A stretch of DNA of 64,000 bases from Candidatus Bathyarchaeia archaeon (lineage in GTDB: Archaea; Thermoproteota; Bathyarchaeia; Bathyarchaeales; Bathycorpusculaceae): the NCBI GenBank assembly GCA_038883795.1, contig JAVZLK010000001.1, forward strand, positions 192,001 to 256,000, in the 5' to 3' direction. The translations under genes were made by a program, and so were the position numbers. Position 1 is the stretch's first letter. Every line of letters begins with the position of its first letter. The notes beneath the pieces were generated by a model that did no database searches, was not told the DNA's origin, and saw nothing but the letters and a program-made list of their open reading frames with translations. Shown here piece by piece: positions 9,719-19,253 of this stretch.

Positions 9719-10609
9719 ATGGTGACAATAAAAGAGCTTCCAAAAGAAGAATATCTGCTTAAAGGTCATGCAGCTTGTGCTGGTTGCGGTCCCTCTATTT
9801 CGTTGCGGTTGCTTTTTAAAGCCTTAGGAAATAAGATAATTTTAGTTGTTCCAGCGTGCTGCACCACAGTTATTCAAGGACCTTATCCTTACACTTCTTC
9901 TGCTGTTCCGCTTATGAACATACTTTTTGAATCCACAGCTGCAGCAGCCTCCGGGATAGTTGCTGCTTTACGCCAAAGAAAAATTGAAGATATAACAGTT
10001 GTTGGTTGGGCGGGCGATGGTGGAACCGTCGACATAGGCATCCAAGCCCTATCTGGAGCAGCTGAAAGAGAAACCAACTTCATCTACATTTGCTACGACA
10101 ATGAAGCCTATGGCAATACAGGAATGCAGAGAAGCGGAGCAACCCCCTACGGTGCATGGACAACCACAACGCCCTCTGGAAAACGAGAGCGCAAAAAGGA
10201 TATGCCCCTTATCATGGCGGCTCATCGAATACCTTATGTTGCTACAGCATGTCCATCTTATCCAATAGATTTAGTGAACAAGCTTAGAAAGGCTAAGGAA
10301 ATTAAAGGCACAAAATACATCCACATTTTGGCACCATGCCCAACCGGATGGCGTTATGATAGCAGCAAAACAGTTGAGTTAGGACGGCTTGCTGTGCAAA
10401 CTGGTTTGTGGGCGCTCTATGAAATTGAGTATGGAAAGTTTAAGCTTAACCCCCCAAGCGACCGATTAATAGAGAAGGCTAAACGCAAACCCGTCAAGGA
10501 ATATTTTGCTTTGCAAGGTAGATTCCGTGGTTTAACCACTGAAGACCTAGAAAAAATCCAGAGATGGGTTGATGAAGACTGGGAGCAATACCGTAAACTA
10601 GCTTCATAA
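9719..10609 (+). CDS. porB: Pyruvate/2-oxoacid:ferredoxin oxidoreductase beta subunit (TPP-binding)
   Basis: GHAACAGCG, GDGGTVDIG...YDNEAYGNTG and PCPTGW. Confidence 0.95.
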   Translation: MVTIKELPKEEYLLKGHAACAGCGPSISLRLLFKALGNKIILVVPACCTTVIQGPYPYTSSAVPLMNILFESTAAAASGIVAALRQRKIEDITVVGWAGDGGTVDIGIQALSGAAERETNFIYICYDNEAYGNTGMQRSGATPYGAWTTTTPSGKRERKKDMPLIMAAHRIPYVATACPSYPIDLVNKLRKAKEIKGTKYIHILAPCPTGWRYDSSKTVELGRLAVQTGLWALYEIEYGKFKLNPPSDRLIEKAKRKPVKEYFALQGRFRGLTTEDLEKIQRWVDEDWEQYRKLAS

Positions 10610-10715
10610 TTGTATGTCTGACGCTTTAATGCACGGAAAAATATAAGAAGCTCAAAATCAATGATATAGACTGCTTGCTATCGTTCCACGATATCGGTGA
10701 AAAAGGAGGCAATAT

Positions 10716-11072
10716 ATGACAGAAGAAAAACAGAAAAAAGAAAGCGCAGAAAAACCAGCAAAACCTACACGACCTCCAAGAACTTCACAGACCACCCAAA
10801 GCAACGAAAACGTTGTTTTAATAGGGAAAAAACCAGTGATGAATTACGTAGTTGCCTGCCTAACATTCTTTAACTCCGGTTCAAAGAAAGTTGTTGTTAA
10901 AGCCAGAGGGCGGGCAATCAGCAGAGCTGTTGACACCGTCGAATTGTTAAGGCGTGCGTTCATGAAAGACGTGCAACTTGAAGGCATCAACATTAGCACC
11001 GAAGAAGTTGTCAGAGGCGAGGGTCAAAAGGCGAACGTTTCGGCCGTTGAAATTACATTAACCAGGCCCTAG
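10716..11072 (+). CDS. albA: DNA/RNA-binding protein Alba with N-terminal low-complexity extension
   Basis: VLIGKKPVMNYV and KARGRAISRAVD; GGAGG RBS. Confidence 0.97.
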   Translation: MTEEKQKKESAEKPAKPTRPPRTSQTTQSNENVVLIGKKPVMNYVVACLTFFNSGSKKVVVKARGRAISRAVDTVELLRRAFMKDVQLEGINISTEEVVRGEGQKANVSAVEITLTRP

Positions 11073-11218
11073 TGCGCTTTTAAAGCCCCTTTACAGTTAA
11101 GTTGCAGCAATACGTTACTGTAGATTATTAACTATTTTTCCATAAAATATTGCAAAGAAGCATCGCTAATTATATAAAACTCTAATTCCAGAATCCTAAT
11201 CCTCAATGGTGATACGAT

Positions 11219-12553
11219 ATGAGTGCTTATCCAAAAATAGTTGTAACTCCACCAGGACCAAAAGCAAGAGAACTAGTTAAAAAAGATGAAAGCTTCATTT
11301 CCCCATCTTATGTGCGGTTTTACCCCCTTGTGGTTGAGTCTGCAAGAGGTTGTATAATAAAGGATGTGGATGGAAATGAGTACATAGATTTTAATTCTGG
11401 TTTGGCCTGCTTAAACGTTGGGCATCATCCTAAGGTTATTGCAGCCATAAAAAATCAGTGCGACCGATTCTTACATTACTCTAACACAGATTTTTACTAT
11501 CGTGAAGTTGTTGAGCTTGCTGAAAAGCTTTCAGGGATTGCGCCGGGAAATTTTGAGAAGAAAGTATACTTTGGTAATAGTGGAACAGAAGCTATAGAGG
11601 CAGCGATTAAGCTTGCAAAGTGGCATACTCGTAAGCAATTGTTTATCGGTTTCATTGGCGCTTTTCATGGGCGTACAATAGGCGCTTTGTCTTTTACGGC
11701 TAGTAAGCCCACGCAGAGGCGTTATTTCTCTCCTTTGATGTCAGGCGTTACCCATGTTCCATATCCATACTGTTATAGGTGTCCTTTCAAGCTAACTTAT
11801 CCAGAATGCCATTATTGGTGTGTGGATTTCATTGATGAGTTAGTCTTGCAGAAATATGTGCCTCCGGAGGATGTTGCTGCCATACTCTTTGAACCAATTC
11901 AAGGAGAGGGCGGGTATATTGTTGCTCCCCCCGAATATTTCCAGCGTTTGAAAAAGCTTGCTGACAAGTATGGTATATTACTTATAGATGACGAAGTTCA
12001 GTCTGGTATTGGCAGAACTGGAAAGTGGTTCGCTATTGAGCATTGGAATGTTGAACCTGATATTATATGTAGCGCAAAAGCGTTGGCTTCTGGGCTGCCA
12101 TTAGGCGCAACTATTGCTAAAGCAAAAGTCATGGATTGGGTTGGGGGTTCCCATGCAAGCACTTTTGGCGGCAATCCTCTTGCATGTGTTGCTGCAAACG
12201 CTGTAATTGACATTATTAAGGAAGAGAGGCTTTTGGAAAACGCCAACAAGCAAGGCGCTTACATATTGAAACGGGTTGAGGAGTTGAAAGAGCAAAGTAG
12301 AATAGTTGGCGACGTAAGAGGCAAGGGCTTGATGATAGGGATGGAAATTGTGGAGGATAAGGAAAGCAAAAAACCAGCTTCTGCAAAGGCTACTGAGATT
12401 ATGATGCGTTCTTGGAAGCGTGGGGTTGCCGTTATAACGTGTGGAGTTTCAACTGTTAGAATTGCTCCGCCCCTCAACATTACAAGAGACCTTATAGATG
12501 CTGCGATGGAAATAATTGAAGATGTTGTAAAAGAAGTTGAAAAAGAAGCCTAA
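11219..12553 (+). CDS. Class III PLP aminotransferase (ornithine/lysine/GABA omega-aminotransferase type)
   Basis: SGTEA, FHGRT, EPIQGEGG, DEVQSGIGRTG, AKALASG and STFGGNP. Confidence 0.92.
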   Translation: MSAYPKIVVTPPGPKARELVKKDESFISPSYVRFYPLVVESARGCIIKDVDGNEYIDFNSGLACLNVGHHPKVIAAIKNQCDRFLHYSNTDFYYREVVELAEKLSGIAPGNFEKKVYFGNSGTEAIEAAIKLAKWHTRKQLFIGFIGAFHGRTIGALSFTASKPTQRRYFSPLMSGVTHVPYPYCYRCPFKLTYPECHYWCVDFIDELVLQKYVPPEDVAAILFEPIQGEGGYIVAPPEYFQRLKKLADKYGILLIDDEVQSGIGRTGKWFAIEHWNVEPDIICSAKALASGLPLGATIAKAKVMDWVGGSHASTFGGNPLACVAANAVIDIIKEERLLENANKQGAYILKRVEELKEQSRIVGDVRGKGLMIGMEIVEDKESKKPASAKATEIMMRSWKRGVAVITCGVSTVRIAPPLNITRDLIDAAMEIIEDVVKEVEKEA

Positions 12554-13000
12554 ATGCTAGCGCGTGTTCGTATGGAAATCCGCAACTTAACAATAGATGA
12601 CTATGAAACCATGATTAAACTGTGGTCTAAGGCGAAATTGCCCTTCAAACCAAAGGGGAGAGACAGCAAAGAAGCTATTGCAGCGCAAATGAAGGCGAAT
12701 CCAGATTTTTTCCTCGGAGCTTTTGATGGTAATCGCCTTATCGGTACCGTTGTTGTGAGCTGTGATATGCGGAAGGGGTGGATAAACCGTTTAGCTGTCG
12801 ACCCGGAATATAGGCTCCATGGTGTTGCTAAAGCTTTGATTGCTGAATCTGAGAAAATACTTAGAAAGCATGGAATCCGAATTGTCTGTGCTTTAATTGA
12901 AGATGATAATGTGGCATCGAAAAGGCTTTTCAAAAAACTTGGTTATGTGGAGCATCGTGACATAATATATTTTAGTAAAAGAGAGAGCGAAGAAGTTTAA
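12554..13000 (+). CDS. GNAT family N-acetyltransferase
   Basis: GWINRLAVDPEYRLHGVA and N..S..LFKKLGY. Starts immediately after the aminotransferase stop. Confidence 0.9.
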   Translation: MLARVRMEIRNLTIDDYETMIKLWSKAKLPFKPKGRDSKEAIAAQMKANPDFFLGAFDGNRLIGTVVVSCDMRKGWINRLAVDPEYRLHGVAKALIAESEKILRKHGIRIVCALIEDDNVASKRLFKKLGYVEHRDIIYFSKRESEEV

Positions 13001-13017
13001 AGTCGTCCTCTACAACG

Positions 13018-14316
13018 CTAAGCTTCTCTTTCTTCTGGTTTAGGTTCACGCACACCGAATATGATTAAAGCTGCTGATGGAATGGCAAGAACCACCATGA
13101 GAATAAAAGGAAGCATTGGAGACACTGAATCATACAATAATCCACCCACCGCTCCGCCAACTGCCATGAATATGTAAGCAAAAAAGTTCATTGAACCAGT
13201 AACTTTCCCACGTTGGGCTTGTGGTACAAGGTCGGCGAACATTGCTTGGTAGGATGAAAAGCCGAGAAGCATTGAGAATCCAGTAATGGGCATTGCTATG
13301 AAGAGGGTTGAGTAGTTTCCGAAGATGAAGAGCAAAATTGCTGGAATCGTTAAGAGGCTTGATATAATTAACGGAATTTTTCTGCCAACTTTATCGATAA
13401 GTCTCCCAACAGGAAAGGATAGAATAATGTTGCATATGAATAATGCGATCATTACGTATCCCCACATGATGCGGGCTTGTTGAAGGGCTGGATCTTCTTC
13501 TGGACGATAGAGGGTTGGGTTTGGTTTTCCTCCTATTTGGAGTACGTAAAATGCGTAGACTAGGAAAAGAACTTGGGTCATGGAAAATGAAAATCGCATA
13601 GTAAGTTCTGAAAGAAACAAAAAGAACATTGAGCGTGGCACATTTTTCCACACAATTATTCCTTCTTTCAAAGCCTTAGGATAGGAGCGAATGGCTTCTT
13701 TGAAGTTTATCTTTTCAGGGTTTGCCATACTCTCTTTAAGTTTTAATCGAACCATTGCCGCTGCAAAATAAAATGTTACAACGATGGCGTATGCTATTCT
13801 CATGCCCATCATAGAACCGTATGTGGCTACAAGAAAGAGAGCTATAGCTGGGCCTGGAGTTGTGGATACACTCATTATTAGATTGAGTATGGAAAATCCC
13901 ATTCCTCGTTTTTCTGGTGGCACAGAATCAGCCATCATCGCATTTAACGCTGGTTGGTAAAGCAAGCAAAGGTTTTGTATTGCTGCTCCGATCAAAATAA
14001 ACTCCCAGCTTGGGGCTACAGCGTAGAAGATGAAGGAAAGTGCTACTCCGAAGGTTAAACTTGAAATAAGCCATCGTCTTCCATACTTATCCGCTAAGTA
14101 ACCCCCCAAAAATTGAACAGAAGCTAAAGCAAGAAGCGAAACCAACATAATAATGCCTAGAATTGTTGCGTTTCCGCCCAGTTGGATGACATAGTCTGAA
14201 TAGTATGTTCCTGGGATTTCATTAACCAAGTCCATAAGAATCCAGCTTATGATTAAAATAAGGTAGTTTCCACTAAAGAAAGAGAACTCTTTCTTCAGCT
14301 TTTCCACAAATTTCAA
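13018..14316 (-). CDS. MFS transporter
   Basis: Motif A twice (GYLADKYGRR, GRLIDKVGRK); about 12 TM helices. Confidence 0.93.
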   Translation of the reverse strand: MKFVEKLKKEFSFFSGNYLILIISWILMDLVNEIPGTYYSDYVIQLGGNATILGIIMLVSLLALASVQFLGGYLADKYGRRWLISSLTFGVALSFIFYAVAPSWEFILIGAAIQNLCLLYQPALNAMMADSVPPEKRGMGFSILNLIMSVSTTPGPAIALFLVATYGSMMGMRIAYAIVVTFYFAAAMVRLKLKESMANPEKINFKEAIRSYPKALKEGIIVWKNVPRSMFFLFLSELTMRFSFSMTQVLFLVYAFYVLQIGGKPNPTLYRPEEDPALQQARIMWGYVMIALFICNIILSFPVGRLIDKVGRKIPLIISSLLTIPAILLFIFGNYSTLFIAMPITGFSMLLGFSSYQAMFADLVPQAQRGKVTGSMNFFAYIFMAVGGAVGGLLYDSVSPMLPFILMVVLAIPSAALIIFGVREPKPEEREA

Positions 14317-14404
14317 GTTTTAACTCATCCTTAGAAGGATTCTTCTCTTAAACCAGCCTTTATAATAAACATTATTTAAAGAAATTTTCTTTTTGTAAAC
14401 TCTA

Positions 14405-14980
14405 TTAGAAACCATGAGGCTTCGCTATAACCTCTTTTATCTTTAAATCAAAGAATCTTGCAGCATTTGCTGGTTGTATTCTAAGAGCAGTGTCTGCCCC
14501 GCTTTCTGTTCCAGCAATGGCAACAATATCCTTATCCACTGGAATTAAGCCAGCGTCGGCAGCCATCAATGTTATTTCTACGCATACTTTAGTTCCTTCA
14601 CCCATGAGCCTAAGCACATTGGCTATAAGCTCTAAAGGTTGAATTGTTCCAAAATCTTTGCGGATTGCCCGTTCAACACTGCTTAAGGCATGAATTCCGG
14701 TGAAGATTTTTGCTCCATTCCTCAAAATTTCTTTTCTATACTCTTCTTGTAATTCTATTTTTCCCGGTTCTTTGAAGCCAAAACAGTGTGTAACTACTAT
14801 TAGGTTATAGCCTTTGAAGATTTTGGAGGCTTTTGCTCCAGTTTTTCCTGTTGTTGAAGCAACAACTATGTCTCTTATCCCTTCTTTTTCTGCATAATCT
14901 TTAACAAATTCTAACAGTTTGTCTGTGTTCTGTGCGCCCGGTTTGCCGAAGTAAAGTGTTTTCTTTTCTGTTGAATCCAT
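14405..14980 (-). CDS. Stand-alone pyruvate kinase C-terminal (PK_C) domain protein
   Basis: YFGKPG..NT, VVASTTGKT, KVCVEITLMAADAG and GADTA. Confidence 0.88.
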   Translation of the reverse strand: MDSTEKKTLYFGKPGAQNTDKLLEFVKDYAEKEGIRDIVVASTTGKTGAKASKIFKGYNLIVVTHCFGFKEPGKIELQEEYRKEILRNGAKIFTGIHALSSVERAIRKDFGTIQPLELIANVLRLMGEGTKVCVEITLMAADAGLIPVDKDIVAIAGTESGADTALRIQPANAARFFDLKIKEVIAKPHGF

Positions 14981-15082
14981 GGATTATACCTCGCACTACA
15001 TACGTTGTAATCAATTAACTTTTATTAAATTCTTACCAGCAAAGTAAAATCACATGGCATTTCCAAAAGGGGGATTCTGTTT

Positions 15083-15640
15083 ATGAATGAAACCATAAAG
15101 GTCATAAAAAATAGAAGAAGCATAAGGAAATTCAAAACAGAACAAATACCTGACTCAGAACTTCACGAAATGTTGGAGTGTGCTTTGCTAGCGCCTAACG
15201 CTCGAAACCAACAGAAATGGCATTTCACAGTAATCCAAAACAAAGACATGCTCAACAAAATGGTTAACATTTTGAAGGAGAACATGATAAATTCTGGAAT
15301 AGAATTTTTAGCCGAAAGGGCAAAAGACCCAGCCTTTAATCCCTTTGGAAACGCTCCAACTCTCATTTTAATTACGGCAGACAAAACAGCCCGTTTCGTT
15401 GAAATAGACTGCGCAGCAGCCGCCGAAAACATCTTAATAGCAGCCGAATCTCTGGGCTTAGGTTCGCATATAATGACCTCCACCGAACTGCTTTTCACGT
15501 CAGAAAAGGGCAAGAAACTAAAACAGGAGTTAGGGGTTCCAGAAGGATATGAACATGTTTGCACGATAGCGTTAGGATATAAAGATGAAAGCCCACCAGC
15601 AAAGCCTAGAAGAAAAGACGTGATAAATTACATAACATAA
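15083..15640 (+). CDS. Nitroreductase family protein
   Basis: RRSIRKF, APNARNQQKWHF and AAESLGLGS. Confidence 0.93.
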   Translation: MNETIKVIKNRRSIRKFKTEQIPDSELHEMLECALLAPNARNQQKWHFTVIQNKDMLNKMVNILKENMINSGIEFLAERAKDPAFNPFGNAPTLILITADKTARFVEIDCAAAAENILIAAESLGLGSHIMTSTELLFTSEKGKKLKQELGVPEGYEHVCTIALGYKDESPPAKPRRKDVINYIT

Positions 15641-15650
15641 AATAGGTTTA

Positions 15651-16394
15651 TTAAAATAATATTTCATGTGGAACCTTTTCTTTCTTAAGAAGTTCAGAAA
15701 TTTCTAGCGCCTTTTGTTTGAAGAATTCGAGGCTTAGGGCGTATTCTAAGCCAAACTTCTTGTATACCCAATCTGCGTAATGATAATTCATTTTGTCGAT
15801 TAGCACAAAATCCGCGTTCCCAGCAACCTCTTCAACCAAGCTTTCAGCTTTTGGCAACAAAGGTGCAATCATTACATTGGTTTTTATGTTGGCGGAATGC
15901 AGTTTTTCTAAGGTTTCTAGGCGTTCTTTAATGGATGGTGCTTTTGGTTCGAAAATTTGCTTAATCTCTTCATCTGCGGTGGTGATCGTAAGCGTTACTT
16001 CAACGTTTTTGTGCTTCTGTAGTAGTTCTATATCTCGCAATATTAGAGTAGATTTTGTTTGTATGGTGATAGGCCAGTTCTTTTTTAGCAAAATTTCAAG
16101 GCAGCTTCTAGTTATTTCGTATCGTCTTTCTAATGGCTGATAAGGGTCACATAATCCGCTAATCCAAACTCTTCCAACTTTTTTCTTGTTTACTTCGCGC
16201 TGGAGGAGGGTTGGGGCATTAAGCTTTACGTCAACGAATTCTCCCCACTTTTCCTTGTGGCTAGTAAATCTTTTAATGAAACGTGCGTAGCAGTAAGTAC
16301 ATCCGTGCTCGCAGCCGACATATGGATTAACGGTGTAATCGAGAACTTTTGATTCTGATAGGATGCTTTTTGCGTAAATTTCTTTAATAATCAT
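15651..16394 (-). CDS. Radical SAM protein (spore photoproduct lyase-like family)
   Basis: NPYVGCEHGCTYCYA (CxxxCxxC), DPYQP.E and TKS. Start placed at ATG 16394. Confidence 0.88.
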   Translation of the reverse strand: MIIKEIYAKSILSESKVLDYTVNPYVGCEHGCTYCYARFIKRFTSHKEKWGEFVDVKLNAPTLLQREVNKKKVGRVWISGLCDPYQPLERRYEITRSCLEILLKKNWPITIQTKSTLILRDIELLQKHKNVEVTLTITTADEEIKQIFEPKAPSIKERLETLEKLHSANIKTNVMIAPLLPKAESLVEEVAGNADFVLIDKMNYHYADWVYKKFGLEYALSLEFFKQKALEISELLKKEKVPHEILF

Positions 16395-16420
16395 AAATTC
16401 CCTTTTACATATAATTTGTC

Positions 16421-16957
16421 TTAATTTATGTGACTTTTGTTCAGAGGCTTCCTTTTCAGTTCTGTGCCGCATACTTTGCATTTTTTTGATTTGTAGTCTG
16501 CCGGGTATTTTTTGTGACATGCTGGACAATATCTTATCCACCTTAATTGGAAGCGGATGCCAAAAGTGGCCAGGGATGCGAATTCTATACCCAGTAAGTT
16601 TGCAACATTTTGTATTGAATAGTCATCTGTGGCAATTACTGGCGAATAACCGTTCGTTTTGAGTTGTAGGGCTAAGGCCAAAACTTGCTGGTCTGTTTCA
16701 GACAGGTAAAAAGTTTCTCCAGCGGTTGCTGCTGTTGTCTTAACTTTTTCAAGAAATGCCTTGTATGGTTTTCTGACTTTTAGCTTTCCGCTTCCTATGG
16801 CTGTTTTAAATCTTACCCAAGGCATGGTTCCTTCTATTATTTCCTCTCTAACCATTGGAACCGTATATTGGTCTTCGCTTATGGAAGATGGGTCTAAGCC
16901 AACAACGAAGGCTGAAGTGTCTAATACTATAACTCTTCTGTTTGTTTGCCTCGTTAA
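16421..16957 (-). CDS. nob1: NOB1-family PIN endonuclease with zinc ribbon (start codon non-canonical or mutated)
   Basis: The frame upstream of ATG 16855 encodes RRVIVLDTSAF (first PIN Asp); LSETD, TDDYSIQNVA and CPAC...CKVCG follow. Confidence 0.9.
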   Translation of the reverse strand, partial: LTRQTNRRVIVLDTSAFVVGLDPSSISEDQYTVPMVREEIIEGTMPWVRFKTAIGSGKLKVRKPYKAFLEKVKTTAATAGETFYLSETDQQVLALALQLKTNGYSPVIATDDYSIQNVANLLGIEFASLATFGIRFQLRWIRYCPACHKKYPADYKSKKCKVCGTELKRKPLNKSHIN

Positions 16958-17802
16958 AGTTTGCCTCCAAGTCCTTTGAAAATAAGCCTATTTCTTAGGC
17001 GACTGTAGAAGTTTTCCTTAAACCGTATAAAAGAGGTTTCATATTTTGAGCGTGTTATGGTTAGGATTGGAAGTTTAGACCTCAAAAGTTGGTGATATTG
17101 CCCGTCAATTAAAACAAGAACTTTTCGCGGTCTTAAAACTTCAACTGTTAAATTTGAATCTGCTGGAAAAACAATTGAACGGAAAACGCTTAAAGAACAT
17201 ATGGGCGTCAAAACAAAAGCCTCCACGCTTGGATCTAAAACTGGTCCTCCGGCGGAAAGTGAATATCCTGTGGACCCTGTTTGTGTAGACACCATTAGGC
17301 CGTCTGATTGAGCGTTTAAAATGGGCTCTTTGTCCTTGAATATTCGGGTGTAGATTATTTTTGCTGGTTCATCAGCCAATATTAACACTTCATTTAGGGC
17401 GTCTGGAAACTTTGTGCCGTCCGCTTCTGTTGATAGTTTCATGCATTTTTCAATGGTGAATTCTCCCTTCAAGCATTTGTCCACCGCCGTAAAGGCTTGT
17501 TTTGGCTCAACCTCTGTTAAGAATCCTCTGACGCCCATATTTATTGCGAGGATTGGTGGTTCCGGTTTTGGGATGGAAACGCATGTTCTTAGGAGGGTTC
17601 CATCTCCGCCGATGGTTATTATAAAGTCTGTTTTCATTTTCTCTAATGGAATGCCCTTTTCTTTTGTTTTCATTTTCTCTATTAACGTGTCTTCTATGTA
17701 AACTTCTAACCCCCTCCCTCGTAGGTATTTTGCCAAATCTTCCGCAAGTTTTATGGCTTTCCTTTTATCAAAGCGTGCGACGAGACCGACGCTTTTAAAC
17801 AA
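16954..17802 (-). CDS. nadK: NAD(+) kinase
   Basis: GGDGTLL, LNE and DGLMVST.TGSTGYSLSAGGP. Confidence 0.96.
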   Translation of the reverse strand: MFKSVGLVARFDKRKAIKLAEDLAKYLRGRGLEVYIEDTLIEKMKTKEKGIPLEKMKTDFIITIGGDGTLLRTCVSIPKPEPPILAINMGVRGFLTEVEPKQAFTAVDKCLKGEFTIEKCMKLSTEADGTKFPDALNEVLILADEPAKIIYTRIFKDKEPILNAQSDGLMVSTQTGSTGYSLSAGGPVLDPSVEAFVLTPICSLSVFRSIVFPADSNLTVEVLRPRKVLVLIDGQYHQLLRSKLPILTITRSKYETSFIRFKENFYSRLRNRLIFKGLGGKL

Positions 17803-17898
17803 TTATTTTCACCCTTCAGTATTAGCGACACCTTAATCTATATATGAGTGTTGTTTAAAATTGCTGTGGATAAAAGAATGTAAAAAGTTGGTGGGTGA

Positions 17899-18291
17899 AT
17901 GAGCAAACCCGTAGATGTTGGAAGTCTCCGCGTGGGCGGTTACATCATTGTTGACGGCGAACCCTGCCGCATAGTGGATATAACAAAATCAAAACCTGGA
18001 AAACATGGTTCAGCCAAAGCAAGAATTGTGGCGGTGGGCATTTTTGACGGCGCAAAAAGAAGCCTTGTTAAACCAGTGGATGCCACGGCAGACGTGCCCA
18101 TAATCGAGAAGAGAAGCGGTCAAGTATTTGCCGTAACGCCTTCAAGTCTCCAAATAATGGATTTGGAAACTTATGAGTATTTGGATGCTCCATACCCAGA
18201 AGAAGAGGATTTGAAAGCAAAACTTGCTCCGGGCGTTGAAGTTGAGTATTGGAAGATTCTGGGCAAAGTAAAGATTGTTAGGACAAAATAA
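17899..18291 (+). CDS. eif5a: Translation factor aIF5A
   Basis: Hypusine loop KSKPGKHGSAK. Confidence 0.98.
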   Translation: MSKPVDVGSLRVGGYIIVDGEPCRIVDITKSKPGKHGSAKARIVAVGIFDGAKRSLVKPVDATADVPIIEKRSGQVFAVTPSSLQIMDLETYEYLDAPYPEEEDLKAKLAPGVEVEYWKILGKVKIVRTK

Positions 18292-18358
18292 GCTAAGGGT
18301 TTAAGTTAGAAATTGTCACAAAAATAGTCCATAAATAAGTTTTCCGGGGCTTTACGTT

Positions 18359-18901
18359 TTGGACGCTGTGAAAACCAAGTTGAAGGATGGTAGAATTGTT
18401 CAGATTAGAAAATTTCAGATAGAGGATAAAGAGAAACTTATTGAGATGTATGAGTCTCTTTCAGATGAAGCTGTGCGTTGGGGCTTGCCTCCTTATAATA
18501 GAGAAAGGCTTGAGAGAGGCTGGCTAAGCAATTTACAAAATCTAATAGCTATTGTGGCTTTTTATAAAAATAAGATAGTGGGGCATGCTCAAATTTTTAA
18601 ATTCCCTCATCCCCGAAGGAAAGGCACAGGCGACCTTGTCATCTATCTTCACCAAGATTTCCATAACGTGGGATTAGGAACAGCAATGCTTACTAAACTG
18701 ATAGAACTTGCGAAAAAGGAAGGAATGCATAGAATAGGCTTGGATGTTATAGCAGACAACAAACTAGCTATTCGTCTCTACCAAAAATTTGGTTTCAAAA
18801 TTGAAGGGATGAAAAAAGAGGCGTATTTTGGGGAAGATGGGAAATATCATGACGAGCTTGTTATGGGTTTAATCCTTTCTAACTCCACCAATCCCAATTA
18901 A
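18359..18901 (+). CDS. GNAT family N-acetyltransferase (RimJ/RimL-like)
   Basis: FHNVGLGTAML and N..AIRLYQKFGFKIEG. Confidence 0.9.
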   Translation: MDAVKTKLKDGRIVQIRKFQIEDKEKLIEMYESLSDEAVRWGLPPYNRERLERGWLSNLQNLIAIVAFYKNKIVGHAQIFKFPHPRRKGTGDLVIYLHQDFHNVGLGTAMLTKLIELAKKEGMHRIGLDVIADNKLAIRLYQKFGFKIEGMKKEAYFGEDGKYHDELVMGLILSNSTNPN

Positions 18902-19079
18902 GTCTTTTAAAGCCTACATAAAGGATTAGAAGGATTACTCCCCAGCTTAATGCGATGCCAGCAACCTCCAATATTAACTCTTGGCGGAGATAGGTGTAAC
19001 TTGACCAAGCGCTTATTCCACATAAACCAACTAAGAGCAGAAGAAACATTGCAAAGTGAATCGCCTTTTCCGTCGCCAT
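18879..19079 (-). CDS. Small two-TM membrane protein, hypothetical
   Basis: 66 aa with two hydrophobic stretches; ATG start with an upstream TTTTAA box. Confidence 0.6.
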   Translation of the reverse strand: MATEKAIHFAMFLLLLVGLCGISAWSSYTYLRQELILEVAGIALSWGVILLILYVGFKRLNWDWWS

Positions 19080-19144
19080 TCTAATCCGCTCTTCAGACTA
19101 TTTTACGAGTTTAACGTGGTTTATGGTTAAAATAATTTTCCATC

Positions 19145-19156
19145 AAAGTTTTTATT
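19145..19156 (+). promoter_or_regulatory. BRE/TATA promoter of the C/D sRNA
   Basis: AAAGTTTTTATT lies about 26 nt upstream of the predicted sRNA 5' stem. Confidence 0.55.
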
Positions 19157-19181
19157 TTCGGTTTTCTGTAATAAATAATTT

Positions 19182-19248
19182 GGAGCCGATGATGCAAGAA
19201 GAGCCGTCGGATTTATGACGACGCTTGTAAACCCAGCGCTGAGGCTTC
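19182..19248 (+). ncRNA. C/D box guide sRNA (dual guide, 23S rRNA domain V)
   Basis: Terminal stem GGAGCC/GGCTTC; box C ATGATGC 19189-95; D' CGGA 19208-11; C' ATGACGA 19215-21; D CTGA 19239-42. Guides GAAGAGCCG and TAAACCCAGC are complementary to conserved 23S CGGCUCUUC and GCUGGGUUUA. Confidence 0.9.
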
Positions 19249-19253
19249 AGCTT

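Noticed and set aside
16395-16541. Apparent 120-bp overlap of the radical SAM ORF with nob1
   Set aside because: Over-extended start; ATG 16394 removes the overlap.
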